Origin: Haplodiscus bocki
Lineage: Eukaryota
DNA length: 64,000 nucleotides
NCBI GenBank assembly: GCA_965655095.1
Contig: OZ296648.1
Coordinates: forward strand, 23,064,001 to 23,128,000
Reading direction: 5' to 3'
Part shown: positions 54,501 to 64,000 of the stretch, one piece after another
Layout: each line of letters starts with the position of its first letter
Numbering within the stretch: the first letter of the stretch is position 1
Translations under genes and position numbers: made by a program
Notes under the pieces: model-generated
Told to the model about the DNA's origin: nothing
What the model saw: the letters and a program-made list of their open reading frames with translations, nothing else
Databases searched by the model: none

Positions 54501-57500
54501 GCTACTCGATATTAAAACGCCTGGCGCTTGCTTGACAATTTCGCTCCTGGTAGTGTAAAGGAAGCAAAATTTTTTCCGTGCTCACAGTGGCGCTTCGTAT
54601 AAGTTTTTTGTCAGGAAGACATGAATGTGGAGTCTGCTCAGTGTTTTAGGGCATAATACCCACTCGAATTCTAAGCGCTTAGTTCTTGCCTGAGAGTGAT
54701 GTTAGGTGGACATTTCATGTTTTTCCAAGGGATTTGAATGACAACCTGGTGTCAAACTTCATGCCTGGAATCTTGTAGCTATCGGAACTTAAAAAATGTT
54801 AAACAGCCAATTTTTTTGCGGAATTACGTTTATGTCTAGAGAGCTGGTTGGAACAATTACAGTTTTCTCTATGCTCAAATTGAGCCGCCGCTTGGTGCAG
54901 AAAGGAGAAATTTCATGAGGGCTGTTCTTGTTCGTCCGTCTAATTCGACATTGGTGTTTGCACTGATCAAGAGTATGCCATCATCCGAACATTCGAACTT
55001 CTCCACTTCTATTCTGCAAAACATTTCCGAAACAAAATCAGCAGACAATACAGGTGAGAGAACTGCACCCTGCAGCGTTCCGATGTTGGCTTTGAACGTT
55101 TCATTTTTCGTGGTCGCCGCTTCCAAAGTATGAACTGCGGTTGTTGGGGAACTTCCGAAAGAAGCCAAAGAAGTGGCCAGAAATTCCGATGTTGTTACGC
55201 TTCCACAGTAGTCCATTCACCCAAACAGCGTCGAAGGCTTTTTAAATGTTCATTGATATCAAGGCGCCAAGTAGATTTCTCGTTGTCGAGAATTTGCAGT
55301 CAATCGTCATTCGGTACAAAACTTGTAGGGTGCTCTTGTGTTCTTCGGATCCAGATCCAAACGATCCTTTTGTTCTGCAAAAGCTCTGAGCAATGAATCT
55401 AGCGCACTACTGAATAATTTTCCAACATCGGTGGATAATGTGATGGAGCGGTATGACGAAGGCATTGAGTAATTCGTTTTCCGTGGTTTCCAAAGAAGTA
55501 CGACTTTGCAGTTTTCACATGGACAGATTTTTTTTCTATCCATTTTTGACCTGTTGAAGCCTGAGTTCGCTGAAACTAGGTCCAGCCCTCTCCAGCATTT
55601 TGGCCTGAACAATGTTTGTGTCAAAGACTGTGGGAAGTTGTTTGATTGCGTAGTTTTCTCCTTGCCAGCTCAGAGGTCGTTGCACCCGTGGGTTTCATCC
55701 CTGCTTGTACAGCTTCTTCCCTTTTTTGGCCTATGCATATTCGTGAGGGCACTGAGCTGCAATTGTAAACGCAGTTTGCAAGGCTCTGACACCTATAGAG
55801 TAGTAGCCTGTGGATTGTTTATGTAAAATCAGAGTGCAAGACAGGCGAAGCCATAGGTTTCAGTTTCGATTTTTGGATTGGTATTGGTGTTGAAATTCTC
55901 TGCTCAATTGTTCTTCGTCTTCCGGTCCATTTGCGGTCAAAAAAAGATAATATACCTGCATGGTTGTTGTTCTCTTCACTGCAAATTGTGACTTTTTTCG
56001 AAGTCTTTAAAATCTTCAATCCTTGTTTCACAGTCTTGCCTTGGGACTCCACTACACAGTTTTTCACGTTGTCGTTTGATAGCATTTTTTGGGGAACCTT
56101 GCTTTCACTCTCTCGCAGTCTGGGTCTAGCGGGGGCGGGAGGTCTCGGCTAAAACAACCCAGTGCAGTTGCTACTCGATATTAAAACGCCTGGCGCTTGC
56201 TTGACAATTTCGCTCCTGGTAGTGTAAAGGAAGCAAAATTATTTCCGTGCTCACAGTGGCGCTTCGTATAAGTTTTTTGTCAGGAAGACATGAATGTGGA
56301 GTCTGCTCAGTGTTTTAGGGCACAATACCCACTCGAATTCTAAGCGCTTAGTTCTTGTCTGAGAGTGATGTTAGCTGGACATTTCATGTTTTTTCCAAGG
56401 GATTTGAATGACAACCTGGAGTCAAACTTCATGCCTGGAATCTTGTAGCTATCGGAACTTAAAAAATGTTAAACAGCCAATTTTTTTGCGGAATTACGTT
56501 TATGTCTAGAGAGCTGGTTGGAACAATTACAGTTTTCTCTATGCTGAAATTGAGCCACAGCTTGGTGCAGAAAGGAGAAATTTCATGAGGGCTGTTCTTG
56601 TTCGTCCGTCTAATTCGACATTGGTGTTTGCACTGATCAAGAGTATGCCATTATCCGAACATTCGACCTTCTCCTCTTCTATTCTGCAAAATATTTCCGA
56701 AAAAAAAATCAGCAGACAATACAGGTGAGAGAACTGCACCCTGCAGCGTTCCGATGTTGGCTTTGAACGTTTCACTTTTCGTGGTCGCCGCTTCCAAGGT
56801 ATGAACTGCGGTTGTTGAGGAACTTCCGAAAGAAGCCAAAGAAGTGGCCAGAAATTCCGATGTTGTTACGCTTCCACAGTAGTCCATTCACCCAGACAGC
56901 GTCGAAAGCTTTTTAAATGTTCATTGATATCAAAGCGCCAAGTAGACTTCTCGTTGTCGAGAATTTGCAGTCAATCGTCATTCGGTACAAAACTTGTAGG
57001 GTGCTCTTGTGTTCTTCGGATCCAGATCCAAACGATCCTTTTGTTCTGCAAAAGCTCTGAGCAATGAATCTAGCGCACTACTGAATAATTTTCCAACATC
57101 GGTGGATAATGTGCTGGAGCGGTATGACGAAGGCATTGAGTAATTCGTTTTCCGTGGTTTCCAAAGAAGTACGACTTTGCAGTTTTCACATGGACAGATT
57201 TTTTGCTCTGTCCATTTTTGATTTGTTGAAGCCTGAGTTCGCTGAAACTAGGTCCAGCCCTCTCCAGCATTTTGGCCTGAACAATGTTTGTGTCAAAGAC
57301 TGTGGGAAGTTGTTTGATTGCGTAGTTTTCTCCTTGCCAGCTCAGAGGTCGTTGCACCCGTGGGTATCATCCCTGCTTGTACAGCTTCTTCCCTTTTGGC
57401 CTATGCATATTCGTGAGGGCACTGAGCTGCAATTGTAAACGCAGTTTGCAAGGCTCTGACACCTATAGAGTAGTAGCCTGTGGATTGTTTATGTCAAATC

Positions 57501-60500
57501 AGAGTGCAAGACAGGCGAAGCCATAGGTTTCAGTTTCGATTTTTGGAATGGTATTGGTGCTGAAATTCTCTGCTCAATTTTTCTTCGTCTTCCGGTCCAT
57601 TTGTGGTCAAAAAAGATAATACACCTGCATGGTTGTCGTTCTCTTCACTGCAAATTGTGACATCTTCGAAGTCTTCAAAATCCTGAATCCGTGCTTCACA
57701 GTCTTGCATTGGGACTCCACTACACAGCTTTTCACGTTGTCGTTTGATAGCATTTTTTGGGGAACGTTGCTTTCAGTCTCTCGCAGTGTGGGTCTAGCGG
57801 GGGCGGGGGGTCTCGGCTAAAACAACCCACTGCAGTTGCTACTCGATATTAAAACGCCTGGCGCTTGCTTGACAATTTCGCTCCTGGTAGTGTACAGGAA
57901 GCAAAATTTTTTCCGTGCTCACAGTGGCGCTTCGTATAAGTTTTTTGTCCGGAAGACATGAACGTGGAGTCTGCTCAGTGTTTTAGGGCACAATACCCAC
58001 TCGAATTCTAAGCGCTTAGTTCTTGCCTGAGAGTGTTGTTAGGTGGACATTTCATGTTTTTTCCAAGGGATATGAATGACAACCTGGAGTCAAACTTCAT
58101 GCCTGGAATCTTGTAGCTATCGGAACTTAAAAAATGTTAAACAGCCAATTTTTTTGCGGAATTACGTTTATGTCTAGAGAGCTGGTTGGAACAATTACAG
58201 TTTTCTCTATGCTCAAATTGAGCCGCCGCTTGGTGCAGAAAGGAGAAATTTCATGAGGGCTGTTCTTGTTCGTCCGTCTAATTCGACATTGGTGTTTGCA
58301 CTGATCAAGAGTATGCCATCATCCGAACATTCGAACTTCTCCACTTCTATTCTGCAAAACATTTCCGAAAAAAAAATCAGCAGACAATACAGGTGAGAGA
58401 ACTGCACCCTGCAGCGTTCCGATGTTGGCTTTGAACGTTTCACTTTTCGTGGTCGCCGCTTCCAAGGTATGAACTGCGGTTGTTGAGGAACTTCCGAAAG
58501 AAGCCAAAGAAGTGGCCAGAAATTCCGATGTTGTTACGCTTCCACAGTAGTCCATTCACCCAGACAGCGTCGAAGGCTTTTTAAATGTTCATTGATATCA
58601 AAGCGCCAAGTAGACTTCTCGTTGTCAAGAATTTGCAGTCAATCATCATTCGGTACAAAACTCGTAGGGTGCTCTTGTGTTCTTCGGATCCAGATGCAAA
58701 CGATCCTTTTGTTCTGCAAAAGCTCTGAGCAATGAATCTAGCGCACTACTGAATAATTTTCCAACATCGGTGGATAATGTGATGGAGCGGTATGACGAAG
58801 GCATTGAGTAATTCGTTTTCCCTGGTTTCCAAAGAAGTACGACTTTGCAGTTTTCACATGGACAGATTTTTTGCTCTGTCCATTTTTGATTTGTTGAAGC
58901 CTGAGTTCGCTGAAACTAGGTCCAGCCCTCTCCAGCATTTTGGCCTGAACAATGTTTGTGTCAAAGTCTGTGGGAAGTTGTTTGATTGCGTAGTTTTCTC
59001 CTTGCCAGCTCAGAGGTCGTTGCACCCGTGGGTTTCAACCCTGCTTGTACAGCTTCTTCCCTTTTGGCCTATGCATATTCGTGAGGGCACTGAGCTGCAA
59101 TTGTAAACGCAGTTTGCAAGGCTCTGACACCTATAGAGTAGTAGCCTGTGGATTGTTTATGTCAAATCAGAGTGCAAGACAGGCGAAGCCATAGGTTTCA
59201 GTTTCGATTTTTGGAATGGTATTGGTGCTGAAATTCTCTGCTCAATTTTTCTTCGTCTTCCGGTCCATTTGTGGTCAAAAAAGATAATACACCTGCATGG
59301 TTGTCGTTCTCTTCACTGCAAATTGTGACATCTTCGAAGTCTTCAAAATCCTGAATCCGTGCTTCACAGTCTTGCATTGGGACTCCACTACACAGCTTTT
59401 CACGTTGTCGTTTGATAGCATTTTTTGGGGAACGTTGCTTTCAGTCTCTCGCAGTGTGGGTCTAGCGGGGGCGGGGGGTCTCGGCTAAAACAACCCACTG
59501 CAGTTGCTACTCGATATTAAAACGCCTGGCGCTTGCTTGACAATTTCGCTCCTGGTAGTGTACAGGAAGCAAAATTTTTTCCGTGCTCACAGTGGCGCTT
59601 CGTATAAGTTTTTTGTCCGGAAGACATGAACGTGGAGTCTGCTCAGTGTTTTAGGGCACAATACCCACTCGAATTCTAAGCGCTTAGTTCTTGCCTGAGA
59701 GTGTTGTTAGGTGGACATTTCATGTTTTTTCCAAGGGATATGAATGACAACCTGGAGTCAAACTTCATGCCTGGAATCTTGTAGCTATCGGAACTTAAAA
59801 AATGTTAAACAGCCAATTTTTTTGCGGAATTACGTTTATGTCTAGAGAGCTGGTTGGAACAATTACAGTTTTCTCTATGCTCAAATTGAGCCGCCGCTTG
59901 GTGCAGAAAGGAGAAATTTCATGAGGGCTGTTCTTGTTCGTCCGTCTAATTCGACATTGGTGTTTGCACTGATCAAGAGTATGCCATCATCCGAACATTC
60001 GAACTTCTCCACTTCTATTCTGCAAAACATTTCCGAAAAAAAAATCAGCAGACAATACAGGTGAGAGAACTGCACCCTGCAGCGTTCCGATGTTGGCTTT
60101 GAACGTTTCACTTTTCGTGGTCGCCGCTTCCAAGGTATGAACTGCGGTTGTTGAGGAACTTCCGAAAGAAGCCAAAGAAGTGGCCAGAAATTCCGATGTT
60201 GTTACGCTTCCACAGTAGTCCATTCACCCAGACAGCGTCGAAGGCTTTTTAAATGTTCATTGATATCAAAGCGCCAAGTAGACTTCTCGTTGTCAAGAAT
60301 TTGCAGTCAATCATCATTCGGTACAAAACTCGTAGGGTGCTCTTGTGTTCTTCGGATCCAGATGCAAACGATCCTTTTGTTCTGCAAAAGCTCTGAGCAA
60401 TGAATCTAGCGCACTACTGAATAATTTTCCAACATCGGTGGATAATGTGATGGAGCGGTATGACGAAGGCATTGAGTAATTCGTTTTCCCTGGTTTCCAA

Positions 60501-63500
60501 AGAAGTACGACTTTGCAGTTTTCACATGGACAGATTTTTTGCTCTGTCCATTTTTGATTTGTTGAAGCCTGAGTTCGCTGAAACTAGGTCCAGCCCTCTC
60601 CAGCATTTTGGCCTGAACAATGTTTGTGTCAAAGTCTGTGGGAAGTTGTTTGATTGCGTAGTTTTCTCCTTGCCAGCTCAGAGGTCGTTGCACCCGTGGG
60701 TTTCAACCCTGCTTGTACAGCTTCTTCCCTTTTGGCCTATGCATATTCGTGAGGGCACTGAGCTGCAATTGTAAACGCAGTTTGCAAGGCTCTGACACCT
60801 ATAGAGTAGTAGCCTGTGGATTGTTTATGTCAAATCAGAGTGCAAGACAGGCGAAGCCATAGGTTTCAGTTTCGATTTTTGGAATGGTATTGGTGCTGAA
60901 ATTCTCTGCTCAATTTTTCTTCGTCTTCCGGTCCATTTGTGGTCAAAAAAGATAATACACCTGCATGGTTGTCGTTCTCTTCACTGCAAATTGTGACATC
61001 TTCGAAGTCTTCAAAATCCTGAATCCGTGCTTCACAGTCTTGCATTGGGACTCCACTACACAGCTTTTCACGTTGTCGTTTGATAGCATTTTTTGGGGAA
61101 CGTTGCTTTCAGTCTCTCGCAGTGTGGGTCTAGCGGGGGCGGGGGGTCTCGGCTAAAACAACCCACTGCAGTTGCTACTCGATATTAAAACGCCTGGCGC
61201 TTGCTTGACAATTTCGCTCCTGGTAGTCTACAGGAAGCACAATTTTTTCCGTGCTCACAGTGGCGCTTCGTATAAGTTTTTTGTCCGGAAGACATGAACG
61301 TGGAGTCTGCTCAGTGTTTTAGGGCACAATACCCACTCGAATTCTAAGCGCTTAGTTCTTGCCTGAGAGTGTTGATAGGTGGACATTTCATGTTTTTTCC
61401 AAGGGATATGAATGACAACCTGGAGTCAAACTTCATGCCTGGAATCTTGTAGCTATCGGAACTTAAAAAATGTTAAACAGCCAATTTTTTTGCGGAATTA
61501 CGTTTATGTCTAGAGAGCTGGTTGTAACAATTACAGTTTTCTCTATGCTCAAATTGAGCCGCCGCTTGGTGCAGAAAGGAGAAATTTCATGAGGGCTGTT
61601 CTTGTTCGTCCGTCTAATTCGACATTGGTGTTTGCACTGATCAAGAGTATGCCATCATCCGAACATTCGAACTTCTCCACTTCTATTCTGCAAAACATTT
61701 CCGAAAAAAAAATCAGCAGACAATACAGGTGAGAGAACTGCACCCTGCAGCGTTCCGATGTTGGCTTTGAACGTTTCACTTTTCGTGGTCGCCGCTTCCA
61801 AGGTATGAACTGCGGTTGTTGAGGAACTTCCGAAAGAAGCCAAAGAAGTGGCCAGAAATTCCGATGTTGTTACGCTTCCACAGTAGTCCATTCACCCAGA
61901 CAGCGTCGAAGGCTTTTTAAATGTTCATTGATATCAAAGCGCCAAGTAGACTTCTCGTTGTCAAGAATTTGCAGTCAATCATCATTCGGTACAAAACTCG
62001 TAGGGTGCTCTTGTGTTCTTCGGATCCAGATGCAAACGATCCTTTTGTTCTGCAAAAGCTCTGAGCAATGAATCTAGCGCACTACTGAATAATTTTCCAA
62101 CATCGGTGGATAATGTGATGGAGCGGTATGACGAAGGCATTGAGTAATTCGTTTTCCCTGGTTTCCAAAGAAGTACGACTTTGCAGTTTTCACATGGACA
62201 GATTTTTTGCTCTGTCCATTTTTGATTTGTTGAAGCCTGAGTTCGCTGAAACTAGGTCCAGCCCTCTCCAGCATTTTGGCCTGAACAATGTTTGTGTCAA
62301 AGACTGGGAAGTTGTTTGATTGCGTAGTTTCCTCCTTGCCAGCTCAGAGGTCGTTGCACCCGTGGGTTTCATCCCTGCTTGTACAGCTTCTTCCCTTTTT
62401 TGGCCTATGCATATTCGTGAGGGCACTGAGCTGCAATTGTAAGCGCAGTTTGCAAAGCTCTGACACCTATAGAGTAGTAGCCTGTGGATTGTTTATGTAA
62501 AATCAGAGTGCAAGACAGGCGAAGCCATAGTTTTCAGTTTCGATTTTTGGATTGGTATTGGTGCTGAAATTCTATGCTCAATTGTTCTTCGCCTTCCGGT
62601 CCCTTTGCGGTCAAAAAAAGATAATACACCTGCATGGTTGTTGTTCTCTTCACTGCAAATTGTGACTTTTTTCGAAGTCTTTAAAATCTTCAATCCTTGT
62701 TTCACAGTCTTGCCTTGGGACTCCACTACACAGTTTTTCACGTTGTCGTTTGATAGCCTTTTTTGGGAACCTTGCTTTCAGTCTCTCGCAGTGTGGGTGT
62801 AGTGGGGGCGGGGGGTCTTGGCTAAAACAACCCGCTGCAGGTGCTACTCGATATTAAAACGCCTGGCGCTTGCTTGACAATTTCGCTCCTGGTAGTGTAG
62901 AGGAAGCAAAATTTTTTCCGTGCTCACAGTGGCGCTTCGTATAAGTTTTTTGTCAGGAAGACATGAATGTGGAGTCTGCTCAGTGTTTTAGGGCACAATA
63001 CCCACTCGAATTCTAAGCGCTTAGTTCTTGCCTGAGAGTGATGTTTGGTGGACATTTCATGTTTTTTCCAAGGGATTTGAATGACAACCTGGAGTCAAAC
63101 TTCATGCCTGGAATCTTGTAGCTATCGGAACTTAAAAAATGTTAAACAGCCAATTTTTTTGCGGAATTACGTTTATGTCTAGAGAGCTGGTTGGAACAAT
63201 TACAGTTTTCTCTATGCTCAAATTGAGCCGCCGCTTGGTGCAGAAAGGAGAAATTTCATGAGGGCTGTTCTTGTTCGTCCGTCTAAGTCGACATTGGTGT
63301 TTGCACTGATCAAGAGTATGCCATCATCCGAACATTCGAACTTCTCCACTTCTATTCTGCAAAACATTTCCGAAAAAAAATCAGCAGACAATACAGGTGA
63401 GAGAACTGCACCCTGCAGCGTTCCGATGTTGGCTTTGAACGTTTCACTTTTCGTGGTCGCCGCTTCCAAGGTATGAACTGCGGTTGTTGAGGAACTTCCG

Positions 63501-64000
63501 AAAGAAGCCAAAGAAGTGGCCAGAAATTCCGATGTTGTTACGCTTCCACAGTAGTCCATTCACCCAGACAGCGTCGAAGGCTTCTTAAAAGTTCATTGAT
63601 ATCAAAGCGCCAAGTAGACTTCTCGTTGTCAAGAATTTGCAGTCAATCATCATTCGGTACAAAACTTGTAGGGTGCTCTTGTGTTCTTCGGATCCAGATC
63701 CAAACGATCCTTTTGTTTTGCAAAAGCTCTGAGCAATGAATCTAGCGCACTACTGAATAGTTTTCCAACATCGGTGGATAATGTGATGGAGCGGTATGAC
63801 GAAGGCATTGAGTAATTCGTTTTCCCTGGTTTCGAAAGAAGTACGACTTTGCAGTTTTCACATGGACAGATTTTTTGCTCTGTCCATTTTTGATTTGTTG
63901 AAGCCTGAGTTCGCTGAAACTAGGTCCAGTCCTCTCCAGCATTTTGGCCTGAACAATGTTTGTGTCAAAGACTGTGGGAAATTGTTTGATTGCTTAGTTT
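24443..64000 (-). repeat. Tandem macrosatellite: 24 head-to-tail copies of a ~1667-bp LINE ORF2-derived unit (first copy ~390 bp shorter, last cut by the window end)
   Basis: Marker ORF M(D/E)(Y/H)C starts at 25222, 26888, 28552 ... 61891, 63559 with spacing 1656-1671; copies are highly similar with no spacers. Confidence 0.98.
27383..29049 (-). pseudogene. Representative unit: decayed non-LTR reverse transcriptase (pre-RT linker, RT, thumb, start of CCHC)
   Basis: RT motifs in colinear order across frames, pieced from several copies: NIVQAKMLERAGP; KVVLLWKPGKTNYSMPSSYRSITLSTDVGKLF; FGSGS; LISMNI*KAFDAVWVNGLLWK; GTLQGAVLSPVL; F(E)CSDD (YADD site); LNLSIEKT; YKIPGMKFDSRLSF. Many stops and frameshifts. 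Confidence 0.9.

Noticed and set aside
24875-63942. Recurrent 70-160 aa ORFs (MDYCGSV..., MRAVLVRP..., MKPEFAE...) as a tandem gene family
   Set aside because: They are frame-mixed or antisense fragments of the decayed RT, break differently between copies, and show no splice structure
24443-64000. Telomere-type or site-specific tandem retrotransposon array (HeT-A/TART, R1/R2-like), rDNA/5S/histone/snRNA cluster, or CRISPR array
   Set aside because: Units are fixed-length internal ORF2 fragments without poly(A) tails or variable truncation; no rRNA, snRNA or histone sequence recognised; no unique spacers
24443-64000. Unit length of about 10 x 167 bp as nucleosome phasing
   Set aside because: No internal 167-bp periodicity seen; the length is explained by the LINE breakpoints

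Overview
AT-rich eukaryotic (animal-like) genomic DNA with GT-AG introns, in two parts. The left ~24 kb holds three protein genes: a 4-exon calcyphosin-like EF-hand gene (CAPSL, +, 868-7145), an intronless RING-less two-B-box/coiled-coil TRIM-like gene (-, 10384-12159), and the 26S proteasome subunit PSMD2/RPN1 (-, 5 coding exons, 23473-17199, 939 aa). Their introns and spacers are filled by a family of non-autonomous Helentron/DINE-1-like elements (AACAAG end, hairpin, subterminal inverted repeat), some carrying tRNA-derived modules and internal tandem repeats. The right ~39.5 kb (24443 to the window end) is a head-to-tail array of 24 copies of a ~1667-bp unit. The unit is a decayed internal piece of a non-LTR retrotransposon ORF2, running from just upstream of the RT domain to the middle of the C-terminal CCHC knuckle, i.e. 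a LINE-derived macrosatellite. The unique flank at the array's left edge continues the founder element through the rest of the knuckle, which fixes the amplification breakpoint. All copies examined share inactivating lesions, so the element was dead before it amplified. The array begins under 1 kb upstream of the PSMD2 start codon. All alignments were made by eye; no searches were run.
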